The notes: generated by a model from the sequence alone, not told the origin. A stretch of DNA of 64,000 nucleotides from an uncultured Gammaproteobacteria bacterium (GCA_964394855.1 CAYMZD010000004.1:8316-72315), one strand, 5' to 3'. Counted from the stretch's first letter, positions 10,063-18,998 are shown. Numbers and translations: made by a program.

Positions 10063-12408
10063 ATGGAGGTTACACCATCAAACGGGCCAGACATTATTGG
10101 TTTTGCCATCACTGCAGCCATGATTTTGATTTCTGTTATGGTTATTTTGGGGCTGATGGTGTATTTTTGGCGTTTTTTTGTGGGATGGGTAAAATTTAGA
10201 GAAAGAGAGAAAACATCTTTACAATTTGTGCTTTTGCAGATTATTGTTCCCCATGACAATGAAGTCAAAATTGATGCAGCAGAGCAACTTTTTGCCACCT
10301 TCGCCTCTATTAGAAAATCAACTGGTAAGCTTTTTGGTCGTTTCAAAATACAACCCCATTTATCTTTTGAGATTGTTGCTTTACATGAGTCAATTCGTTT
10401 CTATATTTCTTGCCATAGACAATATCAAGATTTAATAGAAAAGCAGATTCATGGAGCCTATCCTGATGCTGAAGTTAAAGAGTTACCAGAATATAATATT
10501 TTTTCAGAAGAGGGTAAAACAGCTTATGCCTCTTTGAGGCTTCGTAGTCAGGATTTTTTCCCCATAAAAACTTTTAGGGATTTACCAACAGATCCACTTT
10601 CTAGCATTACTTCTGCCTTGGCTAAAATGCAGCCAGGAGAGGGTGCAGCCATACAGATGATTATTTTTCCCAGCGATAACAACTGGAAAGAGATTGGTAA
10701 AAAGTGGCTGAAAAAAGAAAAAGACCCAGGAAAACCAGATAACCCCAAACCTCCCCCTGATGCCAAGCAGATTGAAGCGGTAGAAGGGAAAATGACCAGA
10801 CCTGGTTTTTATACCACTATCAGGATTGTGGTTTCTTCCACTTCCAGCGAATCTGCCAAAGCCCATCTGGCCAATATTCGCTCAGGCTTTGAACAGTTTA
10901 ATGGTCCATATAACGGTTTTAGTGGTGAAAAAGTCAAAAGCGAAAAGAGCTTTATGACTGATTTTATCTACCGTTATCAGCCCAGATTTAGCCAAGCTGC
11001 GGTTTTAACGCCAGATGAGCTGGCTTCTGTTTTCCATTTCCCCAACAAGCAGATTGAAACGCCCTATATCTCCTGGTTAACTTCTAAACGAGCTCCTGCC
11101 CCAGAAAAAATTCCCACAGAAGGACTTTATCTTGGACGCTCTCTTTTTCGCAGCATTGTCCGCCAGGTATATGTGGCAGAGGATGATAGAAGACGTCACA
11201 TGTATATCATTGGTCGAACCGGTATTGGTAAGTCAGAGCTTTTAAAAAGCTTGATGTTGCAAGATATTTTGGCAGGTAAAGGACTATGTTTTATTGACCC
11301 ACACGGTGATGCAGCAGAGGAATTATTAGAACTGATTCCTCCACAGCGAGCAGAAGATGTGATCTATTTTGACCCAGGAGATTTAGAAAGACCCATGGGG
11401 TTAAATATGATTGAAGCCTATACTGAAGAGCAAAAGCATTTTGTGGTAGCTTCCATTATTGGTTTAATGTATAAACTTTTTGATCCCAATAAAACTGGTA
11501 TTATCGGTCCTCGTTTTGAGCATGGTGTTCGGAATGCCATGTTAACAGCCATGAGTAAACCCGGTGCCACCTTTGTGGAGGTGATGAGAATCATGACTGA
11601 TTCCAGCTTTGTGCAAGAGATATTGCCCTTGGTAGTTGATCCAGTGGTACGCCGCTATTGGACAGATCAGATTGCCCAAACTACTGACTTTCACAAGTCT
11701 GAAGTTTTGGATTATACTGTTTCCAAATTTGGTCGTTTTGTCACCAATAAAATGATGAGAAATATTATTGGACAATCGCAAAGTTCATTTGATCTTAGAA
11801 AAGTGATGGATGAAGGAAAAATCTTAATCATGAATTTATCTAAGGGAAAAATTGGTGAGGAAAATTCCAACTTTTTAGGGCTGATCCTGGTACCTAAAAT
11901 TTTGGCTGCTGCCATGTCCCGCTCTGATATACCCATGGAGCAGCGGAGAGATTTTTATCTTTATGTGGATGAGTTTCAAAACTTTGCCACGGAAACTTTT
12001 GGCGATATCCTTTCCGAAGCTCGAAAATATCGTTTAAATTTAATTGTGGCTAATCAGTTTATTGGTCAAATTGGAGAGGAATTAAAAAATGCTGTTTTTG
12101 GTAATGTGGGAACCTTAATTGCCTTTAGGGTGGGAGTCACTGATGCTAACTATTTGCAGCATGAGTTTTCACCTACTTTTTCGGAAAACGATTTGGTTAA
12201 TGTAGAAGCTTATCATGCCTATATCAAGACCATTGTTCATGGAGAGCCAGTTTCACCATTTTCTTTGGATACCACTAAAGATATGACCAAATGGAAAAGT
12301 TTGCTAAACCCCCAAATTGCTCAAGCTGTCAAGGAGCTATCTCGTCTTAAATATGGTCGGGATGCGCAAACTATTGAAGCTGACATTGCCCAGCGGGCCA
12401 GATTGTAA
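10063..12408 (+). CDS. membrane-anchored VirD4/TraD/HerA-like ATPase
   Basis: Walker A GRTGIGKS, DPHGD, Walker B YVDEFQ, EARKYRL. Confidence 0.85.
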   Translation: MEVTPSNGPDIIGFAITAAMILISVMVILGLMVYFWRFFVGWVKFREREKTSLQFVLLQIIVPHDNEVKIDAAEQLFATFASIRKSTGKLFGRFKIQPHLSFEIVALHESIRFYISCHRQYQDLIEKQIHGAYPDAEVKELPEYNIFSEEGKTAYASLRLRSQDFFPIKTFRDLPTDPLSSITSALAKMQPGEGAAIQMIIFPSDNNWKEIGKKWLKKEKDPGKPDNPKPPPDAKQIEAVEGKMTRPGFYTTIRIVVSSTSSESAKAHLANIRSGFEQFNGPYNGFSGEKVKSEKSFMTDFIYRYQPRFSQAAVLTPDELASVFHFPNKQIETPYISWLTSKRAPAPEKIPTEGLYLGRSLFRSIVRQVYVAEDDRRRHMYIIGRTGIGKSELLKSLMLQDILAGKGLCFIDPHGDAAEELLELIPPQRAEDVIYFDPGDLERPMGLNMIEAYTEEQKHFVVASIIGLMYKLFDPNKTGIIGPRFEHGVRNAMLTAMSKPGATFVEVMRIMTDSSFVQEILPLVVDPVVRRYWTDQIAQTTDFHKSEVLDYTVSKFGRFVTNKMMRNIIGQSQSSFDLRKVMDEGKILIMNLSKGKIGEENSNFLGLILVPKILAAAMSRSDIPMEQRRDFYLYVDEFQNFATETFGDILSEARKYRLNLIVANQFIGQIGEELKNAVFGNVGTLIAFRVGVTDANYLQHEFSPTFSENDLVNVEAYHAYIKTIVHGEPVSPFSLDTTKDMTKWKSLLNPQIAQAVKELSRLKYGRDAQTIEADIAQRARL

Positions 12409-12422
12409 TATAATTCACTCGC

Positions 12423-12493
12423 AGGCCCGTAGCTTAGTGGTAAAGCGGGTGTCTTATACACACTTGATGAGGGTTCGATTCCTTCCGGGCCTA
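12423..12493 (+). tRNA. tRNA-Ile (anticodon UAU)
   Basis: Acceptor AGGCCCG/CGGGCCT, anticodon arm GGTGT-CTTATAC-ACACT, T-arm GAGGG-TTCGATT-CCTTC, A73; no encoded CCA. Confidence 0.88.
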
Positions 12494-12536
12494 CCCTTCA
12501 ACAAGCTCAGGGTAAACTGAAAGGGGGTGATGAGTT

Positions 12537-12785
12537 CTGAATAAGCAAATAGGAAAAGTAGTACACTATTATGATAAATTGGGTGTGGCCATTGTGGATT
12601 TGGACAATGGGAGTTTAAAGGTGGGGGATAGTGTCAAGTTTAAACACGGAGAAGATGAATTTACCCAAAATGTAGAATCTCTGCAAATTGAACATGAAGC
12701 AGTGGATTCAGTTAAAAAGGGAGACTCTTTTGGTTTAAAAGTTTCACAACCCACCAAGCCGGGAACTTTAGTTTATATGTCTTAA
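12537..12785 (+). CDS. translation-factor beta-barrel-like small protein (U32 peptidase C-terminal-like)
   Basis: KQIGKVVHYYDKLGVAIV...LKVGDSV; frame closed upstream by TGA at 12531, so probable CTG start after SD. Confidence 0.72.
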   Translation: MNKQIGKVVHYYDKLGVAIVDLDNGSLKVGDSVKFKHGEDEFTQNVESLQIEHEAVDSVKKGDSFGLKVSQPTKPGTLVYMS

Positions 12786-13645
12786 AGTTCTTCCAGTTGG
12801 ACCTTGGGCCCATTGGTTTGGCCTTGAATAAATTGTAAGTATTTTTCCGTGGTGGTTAATCTTTTATGTCCAGCCAGCTTGGCCACAGTCACTAAAGACA
12901 TGCCACTTTCTAGCTGGGTTGTTACCCAAGTATGACGCAAGTCATTAACTTTAGCTTGCTTGATGCCAGCAACTTTAAAATATCTATCAATGGCAGTTCT
13001 AATATTTCTGATAAGTAAGGGTTTGCCTGTTTTAGTGATAAACAGAGTATGAGAGGGTGATTTGGGCCTTATTCCTAAATATTTTTGTACAGCCTCGGCG
13101 CCAGGTTTAGTCAGAGGAATAGTTCGCTCCACAGTGCCTTCCGCTGTTGGTACATGTAAGTTTAAATTTTGTAAATCGATATCCTCTACTCGTAAGGCTG
13201 CCAACTCGCCAATTCTCACTCCTGTTTGCAAAAGGAGCTCAATAACGGCAAAAATTCGAATATCTCCTCTGGCAGCATCTCGCAGGGCCCTATATTCTAG
13301 TTTAGATAAAATACGAGGGGGTTTGTTTTCAAACTTGGGATGCTCCAAGGCTGTGGCTGGATCTTCAGTGATAAAATTAGATATTTTTAAGAATTTAAAA
13401 AAAGTTTTGGTGGAGTTGGTTTTTCTGGAAATTGATTTGGCAGTGTAGTTTTCTTTGGTCAGACTTTCCATAAAGGCTTGTAAATCTTCCAAAAGCACAT
13501 CAAAGGTCTGTTCTCGTCCCAGCTTTTTTAAGAAGTTAACCAGTTGCTCAATATCCTTGCCATAAGCTAAAATAGTAGCATTGGCACGGTTTTTGCCTTT
13601 GAGGTGGCCAATAAATTGTTGATGGGCATCTGTTAAGTTAATCAT
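12782..13645 (-). CDS. XerC/XerD-like tyrosine recombinase
   Basis: TGVRIGEL, DLRHT, LAGH...TTEKY. Confidence 0.88.
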   Translation of the reverse strand: MINLTDAHQQFIGHLKGKNRANATILAYGKDIEQLVNFLKKLGREQTFDVLLEDLQAFMESLTKENYTAKSISRKTNSTKTFFKFLKISNFITEDPATALEHPKFENKPPRILSKLEYRALRDAARGDIRIFAVIELLLQTGVRIGELAALRVEDIDLQNLNLHVPTAEGTVERTIPLTKPGAEAVQKYLGIRPKSPSHTLFITKTGKPLLIRNIRTAIDRYFKVAGIKQAKVNDLRHTWVTTQLESGMSLVTVAKLAGHKRLTTTEKYLQFIQGQTNGPKVQLEEL

Positions 13646-13700
13646 GATATCTAGCTGATATTGTAAACTTATAGGGTGCTTTTGTCAAGAGAGTTTTAAA

Positions 13701-14054
13701 ATGGGTAAGAAGATAGTGTTAATTTTAATTGGTGCTTTAACAATAATTATTGCCTACAATCTGATTGGGCAAATTTTATCTACTGTTCACTCTGGGGATA
13801 AACTGTCTCAAGCCATGGATAGGTTGCACAAACTGGAAATTAAAAATAAGGAGCTCAAAAAAAAGCTGGAGGGAGTTAAATCACCGCAGTTTTTAGAACA
13901 GCAGGCCAGAGATAAGCTGGGTTTGGTTAAAGAAGGGGAAGTGCTGGTGATTATTCCTCAGGAAAAAATTGATCAGGTGTTAGGTTTAAGTAAAAAGGTG
14001 GAAGAAGTGAAACTGCCCAATCCTCTGGGCTGGTGGAAGTTGTTTTTTAAATGA
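13701..14054 (+). CDS. septum formation initiator (FtsB/DivIC family)
   Basis: TM, coiled coil, EQQARDKLGLVKEGE. Confidence 0.85.
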   Translation: MGKKIVLILIGALTIIIAYNLIGQILSTVHSGDKLSQAMDRLHKLEIKNKELKKKLEGVKSPQFLEQQARDKLGLVKEGEVLVIIPQEKIDQVLGLSKKVEEVKLPNPLGWWKLFFK

Positions 14055-14055
14055 T

Positions 14056-14766
14056 TTAGGAGCTTGTTTTACAGGCCAGTATAAATACCGAATAATCGTC
14101 ACCAATTATTGAATCATCGTCAATAGGAGGCGGGAGTTGCCTGAATTGAAATCCTGCCTTATCCAGCATATCTTTTAGTTGAACACCAGTATAAAATTTA
14201 AGTGGCTGATGATGGTTTTCATAAATAAGTTCACCATCTTTTAACCACTGTTGTTCATGCAGGTAGCGGAGGTTTTCTGGTAGCTTTAACCATGTTCTAC
14301 TACGATAAATCAAAACCCCCCCATTTTTAGTAGGGTTCTGATATTCTGCCACTCTAGCTTGAAGCTTTCCATTGTGGGAGTGGCTTTGGATTAATTTATC
14401 CCCATCAGTCACATCAAATAGCAGCTTACCTCCTGGTTTTAGCACTCTTTTAATCTCGGATAGTAATCTATCTATAGATGGGGGGTCCATGGAACTGTCA
14501 AACATTGAATGGAGTAATAAAACAAAGTCAAAACTTTGTCCAAAAGGAAGTTTAAACCAACTCCCTCGCACAAATGAGATGTCTCTGGCCATGGTCAGAT
14601 CTGGTGGGGAAATATCCATACCAACTACGTTTTGAAAACCACGCCGGGTTAAATCTAAGCAGTGTAAACCAGGACCACAACCTAAATCTAAGACCCTATG
14701 ATTGGTTTGTAAGCCATTTGAGATGGCAAGATCTACTTCAGCAATGTCTTGTTCCTCTGGTAACAT
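14056..14766 (-). CDS. class I SAM-dependent methyltransferase
   Basis: VLDLGCGPG, RVLKPGG. Confidence 0.88.
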   Translation of the reverse strand: MLPEEQDIAEVDLAISNGLQTNHRVLDLGCGPGLHCLDLTRRGFQNVVGMDISPPDLTMARDISFVRGSWFKLPFGQSFDFVLLLHSMFDSSMDPPSIDRLLSEIKRVLKPGGKLLFDVTDGDKLIQSHSHNGKLQARVAEYQNPTKNGGVLIYRSRTWLKLPENLRYLHEQQWLKDGELIYENHHQPLKFYTGVQLKDMLDKAGFQFRQLPPPIDDDSIIGDDYSVFILACKTSS

Positions 14767-14825
14767 TTGGCAGAAAGATTAACAGAAGTTTCCATAAAAA
14801 GCAAATAAAGGGAGTGGGATGATGC

Positions 14826-14857
14826 CTGCCCTGAGCTTGGTGAAGGGCCTGCCCTGA
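14826..14857. repeat. REP-like palindromic repeat (CTTCGAC...GCTCAG family) downstream of GIY-YIG gene
   Basis: GCCCTGAGCTTGGTGAAGGGC plus partial copy CCTGCCCTGA. Confidence 0.6.
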
Positions 14858-14887
14858 AACTATTTAGATGCTTATTCAGTTTGGCCA

Positions 14888-15136
14888 TCAGTCTACCTTC
14901 AACCTTAAAATTCTAATTTTCTTTTCTCTGCTCCATCCCTTTATCTGTTTTTCTCTTTTTAAAGCTTCTGATCGAGTTGGTAATTGTTCTTGATAAACTA
15001 ACTTAATTGGTTTATGTGATTTCGTATAATGCCCACCCTTTCCATTCTTGTGATCTAAAAAACGCTGGTCTACGTTATTGGAATATCCAGTATATAAACT
15101 TCCATCTTCACACAGTAGAATGTACACAAACCACAT
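14888..15136 (-). CDS. small GIY-YIG nuclease
   Basis: FVYIL...LYTG...R...H...EALKREKQIKGWSR. Confidence 0.92.
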   Translation of the reverse strand: MWFVYILLCEDGSLYTGYSNNVDQRFLDHKNGKGGHYTKSHKPIKLVYQEQLPTRSEALKREKQIKGWSREKKIRILRLKVD

Positions 15137-15167
15137 GATGATATTTTAGCAGAGAGTAAATATTCGA

Positions 15168-15289
15168 GTCCTTCGACTCTGGTTCGACTACGCTCACCAT
15201 CGCTCAGGGCACTTCGACTCTATTTGCCATCAAAAAACTCGCTCCATTCATTCAGTGCCTGCACTGAGCGAGCGAAGCGAGTCGAAGTG
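15168..15289. repeat. cluster of nested REP-like palindromes between GIY-YIG gene and tRNA-Met
   Basis: GTCCTTCGACTC[TGGTTCGACTACGCTCACCA]TCGCTCAGGGC and CACTGAGCGAGCGAAGCGAGTCGAAGTG. Confidence 0.7.
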
Positions 15290-15361
15290 TTGCGGGGGCG
15301 GGAATCGAACCCGCTGCCTCAAGATTATGAGCCTTGTGTGCAGCCATTACACTTCCCCGCG
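15290..15361 (-). tRNA. tRNA-Met (CAU), initiator-like
   Basis: CGCGGGG/CCCCGCA acceptor with C1:A72 mismatch; CAAGG-CTCATAA-TCTTG; GCGGG-TTCGATT-CCCGC. Confidence 0.88.
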
Positions 15362-15441
15362 ATATTTAAAAGAACACTTGTATTTTAAACTTTTACCCTT
15401 AATATGTCAATGTAAGTAGGATATGTTAAAATTGACCGTAA

Positions 15442-15512
15442 GGCAGTGTAGTTTAACGGTAAAACAGTGCCCTCATAAAGCACGAACGGAGGTCCGACTC
15501 CTCCCATTGCCA
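15442..15512 (+). tRNA. tRNA with CAU anticodon (elongator Met probable)
   Basis: GGCAGTG/CATTGCC acceptor; GTGCC-CTCATAA-AGCAC; GGAGG-TCCGACT-CCTCC. Confidence 0.85.
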
Positions 15513-15543
15513 CACTTGTGTTATGGTTTAATATGAGGCTAAA

Positions 15544-16212
15544 ATGGAAGAAGAAATGCTTAATTCAAAATTTCAAATTCAACGCCTATCTGATATCCCC
15601 GAAGCTGATATCCCAAAGACCTTAGAAGAAGTGGTAAAAGTGGAAAAAGAGGCCTGGCCCGAAGAAATACAAGCTCCTTTAGAAAAATTTCAGGCCAGAG
15701 CGGAAGTTTTTCCTCAAGGGTTTTTATTAATTTCTCTACCTGATCTAGGTTTAGTTGGAGTTTCAACGGCTGAAATCATCAATTATGACCCACTTCATCC
15801 ACCGATTTCCTGGGAAGAGACTACGGATAACGGGTGGATTAGAAGTACTCATAATCCAGAGGGGAATGCACTCTATCTTATTTCTGTGGGGGCGAGTCCA
15901 CGCTCTGCTGGCAGAGGTGTTGGTACAAGACTGGTTCAAGAACAGCTTGATTTAGCCAGAAGATTAAACCTAGACTATCTTGTTTTAGGTTCACGCATCC
16001 CTAAATATCATGAATATCACCTTCGGCATCCTGAAATGACCATAGATCAATATTTATTGTTAACTAGATCTGGCGGGGAAGTTTTAGATCCAGAGATTCG
16101 TTTTTATACGCGTTGTGGCTTAAAAGTGATTAGGGTGGTGCCAGATTATATGGAAGATGATCCAGAAAGTGAGAATTATGGAGCGGTGATGGTTTGGGAA
16201 AATCGCACATAA
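15544..16212 (+). CDS. GNAT family N-acetyltransferase
   Basis: ALYLISVGASPRSAGRGVGTRL acetyl-CoA motif. Confidence 0.8.
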   Translation: MEEEMLNSKFQIQRLSDIPEADIPKTLEEVVKVEKEAWPEEIQAPLEKFQARAEVFPQGFLLISLPDLGLVGVSTAEIINYDPLHPPISWEETTDNGWIRSTHNPEGNALYLISVGASPRSAGRGVGTRLVQEQLDLARRLNLDYLVLGSRIPKYHEYHLRHPEMTIDQYLLLTRSGGEVLDPEIRFYTRCGLKVIRVVPDYMEDDPESENYGAVMVWENRT

Positions 16213-16300
16213 CTTGCAATTTTGTGGTATAATGATTTAATCCCTAAGGAAAGCTCCTGTGGGGGTATTTTTTTGGCCCGACAAAGGCAAGGAAAAATAT

Positions 16301-16543
16301 ATGAGAGATAGAGTAGAAATATACGAAGAGGCTATATTACAAGCTACCTTAATTGAAGGGGGGAAAGAAAAAGATAGATACCCTCTTAAGGTAGTTGGTA
16401 TTAATGGTCGAAAGGCCATTGTGGTTGAGGCGGATTCAGATGGGCAACAAATTCCAGGAAGAGCCCTTGAGCAAGCACCTTTAGACGAGCTTGAAAAGGG
16501 TAGATTCGGTGTGTTGCAGATTTCCAATCATAGACCGATTTGA
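16301..16543 (+). CDS. hypothetical protein
   Basis: AAGGA SD then ATG 16301. Confidence 0.45.
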   Translation: MRDRVEIYEEAILQATLIEGGKEKDRYPLKVVGINGRKAIVVEADSDGQQIPGRALEQAPLDELEKGRFGVLQISNHRPI

Positions 16544-16568
16544 CAACAACCCATCTTTATGTTAGCCT
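16540..16568 (+). promoter_or_regulatory. sigma70-type promoter of leader-peptide operon
   Basis: TTGACA-17nt-TAGCCT with TG extension. Confidence 0.55.
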
Positions 16569-16576
16569 ATAAATAC

Positions 16577-16630
16577 ATGGATAAACTGAATTTAAACATT
16601 TGTAGATGGTATCGTAAACATCCAGCCTGA
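16577..16630 (+). CDS. putative attenuator leader peptide MDKLNLNICRWYRKHPA
   Basis: 17-codon ORF whose stop lies within the first of several mutually exclusive hairpins. Confidence 0.6.
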   Translation: MDKLNLNICRWYRKHPA

Positions 16631-16730
16631 AACAGGCGGTTTTTACGTGCCTTAAGTCCATGATTTAAGAAAAATTAAATAAAATTTTAAATAAAAAAGC
16701 ACAAGGAACCGCCAAGGAGGCGGTTTTTTT
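16625..16730 (+). promoter_or_regulatory. transcription attenuator (1:2, 2:3 antiterminator, 3:4 terminator)
   Basis: GCCTG/CAGGC; GGCGGTT..GTGC pairs with GCAC..AACCGCC; AACCGCC-AAGGA-GGCGGTT plus T-run. Confidence 0.7.
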
Positions 16731-16742
16731 GTGGGAAAAAAT

Positions 16743-18134
16743 ATGGAAACAATAGAAAACAAAATTACAATTAGTACAGAGAATTTAGATGATCAAGAAG
16801 CAGATAAGAGGATAACTGCTATTAGAGGAGTGGTGCATCAATCTGGCTTAGTAACAGACTCTAGACACGATTTTAGACTGACTCCGGATAGATTAGTTTT
16901 AAATTCAGAAGCAAGAAACCAATTTGAACAGATTGGAGAGTTAATATTGTCAAGTTTTTCTGCAACCAGAAGAGTGTTTCTGAGGGCTAAAAGAAGTGAA
17001 TTTCCTGAAGATTTAAACAGATTTGTGATCAGAGCTCTTGAAGCAGGAATGAGTAATGCTAATAAAAAGACCTTATCAGTAGAGATTGACCAATTGCCGC
17101 TTTTTTTCAGGGCTGATTGTATCCTGGCACAAGATGGTGGGGAATTAGCGATTAAGGCTACTGAAATAGAAGGCGAAAGATCCATTGCTTTTGGCTTTGC
17201 CAGCTTCATAGATCAAATCAATACGGCAGTAAATCAAGTGAGTATAGACCAACGATTGGGGGGTTTAGGAGTTGCAAGTGGAATAAAACAAGCGGTTGAA
17301 GAAAGTAACTTCCAAGGTAAGGGAATAGCTTTAATATTAGCGGAAGACCAGCTATTCTATTTACCTGAACAGGCGCTATTTGTTAATGAACTTAGAAGTC
17401 TAGGGATACCTGTAGAGTTAGTTAGAGAGAATGATTTTGAAATGAAACCTGGCAATCCTCCCATGGTGATTTTGCCTAGTGGAGAAGCAGCTAATGTGGC
17501 TGTAAGCCTCCCAAAGTTTAATCCTCAAAAATCAGGTCAACAATTTAGCCAAGAAAGATTAAGGATGGATTTTATTAGGGGGGCTTTTGATTTCCTTTTG
17601 CCTCCGTTCAAATTCTTTGGTACAAAATCTTCTATGGCTTTAATGCACCAGCCAATAATTCGAGACATTTTCTTTGAAGAGGGAATGAATGCAAAATTGG
17701 TAGATAAATTGATTCCGCCAACGAAAGCAATAGCCGGTCAGATTTCAGAAGTAGAACGATTACTTTTAGAAATGGGCATTCAAACAGACCCCCCAACCCT
17801 GCTTAAAGCCGTAGGTATGACTGCTGGAAGAGGCATGGCTATGCCAAATGATAGAGAAGGTATCCGAGAAATTTTGCGGATTGCCAAAGGATCGCCATTT
17901 GATTTTATAACACAACAATTTTTGGAAACAGTTGCACCGGAATTTAGAATTTTTGATTCGCAGAGTGGTGAGTTACGCAAAGAATTTCAGTTTATGAGGT
18001 TGGCAGCATTTTTTGCTAATATTAACGGGTGTTCAACTTTGCTTGGAGTGGAGGGGACTGGTTTACCCAATCCATTTGTCCACGGAAACCCTAATTGTAT
18101 TTTCTTTCCAGTAGTATTTAAGGAGGAAGTATGA
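16743..18134 (+). CDS. ATP-grasp-like ligase (glutathionylspermidine synthase/circularly permuted ATP-grasp-like)
   Basis: FFRADCIL...TEIE, LLKAVGMTAGRG, ITQQF, MRL resemble ATP-grasp motifs. Confidence 0.55.
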   Translation: METIENKITISTENLDDQEADKRITAIRGVVHQSGLVTDSRHDFRLTPDRLVLNSEARNQFEQIGELILSSFSATRRVFLRAKRSEFPEDLNRFVIRALEAGMSNANKKTLSVEIDQLPLFFRADCILAQDGGELAIKATEIEGERSIAFGFASFIDQINTAVNQVSIDQRLGGLGVASGIKQAVEESNFQGKGIALILAEDQLFYLPEQALFVNELRSLGIPVELVRENDFEMKPGNPPMVILPSGEAANVAVSLPKFNPQKSGQQFSQERLRMDFIRGAFDFLLPPFKFFGTKSSMALMHQPIIRDIFFEEGMNAKLVDKLIPPTKAIAGQISEVERLLLEMGIQTDPPTLLKAVGMTAGRGMAMPNDREGIREILRIAKGSPFDFITQQFLETVAPEFRIFDSQSGELRKEFQFMRLAAFFANINGCSTLLGVEGTGLPNPFVHGNPNCIFFPVVFKEEV

Positions 18135-18562
18135 AAGCTATAATATTTGATTTTAATAGAACCTTATTTGATCCTGAATCAGATAAACTGATTGATGGTT
18201 GTAAGGATGTATTGAGAGCATTATCTAAGGATAGGACATTAGTCCTTATAAGTAACGCTGCTGACTCAAGGGAAGATCTTATTCATAAACTTGGTATTGG
18301 GGATTTCTTTAAGAAGATAATACTTACCAAACAGAAGAATAAGAATGATTTTATTAGTATATGTCAATCACTATCTATTAGTCCAAGTGAGGTAATGGTA
18401 GTAGGAGATAGAGTAAAAGGGGAAATCTCTATAGGGAATAGTTTGGGTATGACTACGGTTCAGTTCCTAAATGGAATTTTTGCTAATGAACTGCCGAGTG
18501 ATGAGATGGAAAAGCCCAAAATCATTATTACAAATTTAAAGGAGTTATTAAAATATGGCTAA
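18131..18562 (+). CDS. HAD family hydrolase
   Basis: IIFDFNRTL, ISN, VVGDRVKGEI. Confidence 0.8.
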   Translation: MKAIIFDFNRTLFDPESDKLIDGCKDVLRALSKDRTLVLISNAADSREDLIHKLGIGDFFKKIILTKQKNKNDFISICQSLSISPSEVMVVGDRVKGEISIGNSLGMTTVQFLNGIFANELPSDEMEKPKIIITNLKELLKYG

Positions 18563-18998
18563 GTTTGGTGAAATTAAGAAATTTTTAGAAGAAAATACTG
18601 TCCAGTTTACAGTAATAGAGCTGGCTAGTATTGCACGCTCCGTTGAAGATGTAATGAAGCTATCTAATGGCCAGGTTAAAAGTGAGGAAGTTATTAAGAC
18701 TTTAATTGTTAAAAAAGGTGGGGAGTTCCAAGGTTTAGTTCTAAGAGGCGATGACCGCTTAAAGAACAATTTTATAGATAGGTTTGCTACCAAGGATGAA
18801 GTATTGTCTATTGCTGGAGTGGAGTTTGGGGCAGTTTGCCCTGTACTTTTAGGAATACCTATTATAATTGATAAAAAAGTAATGAATTTAAAAAGAGTAA
18901 ACATGGGATCAGGGGATTTATTAAAAGGAATAGATTTAAATTTAGAAGATTTGCTAAAAGTATTACCAAACTCTACAATTGAGGTGATATCTTTATGA
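18555..18998 (+). CDS. YbaK/ProX aminoacyl-tRNA editing domain protein
   Basis: VIKTLIV, GVEFGAVCP, NMGSG. Confidence 0.82.
   Translation: MAKFGEIKKFLEENTVQFTVIELASIARSVEDVMKLSNGQVKSEEVIKTLIVKKGGEFQGLVLRGDDRLKNNFIDRFATKDEVLSIAGVEFGAVCPVLLGIPIIIDKKVMNLKRVNMGSGDLLKGIDLNLEDLLKVLPNSTIEVISL

Noticed and set aside
10063-12408. Conjugative element
   Set aside because: Lone VirD4-like ATPase without relaxase or mating-pair genes; such ATPases are common chromosomal CPR genes
12782-13645. Prophage or ICE integrase next to a tRNA
   Set aside because: Short Xer-like protein, no att duplication of the tRNA and no phage genes
16560-16730. T-box riboswitch upstream of the trpS operon
   Set aside because: No T-box consensus (GGTGGNACCGCG) or stem I; a leader-peptide attenuator fits better
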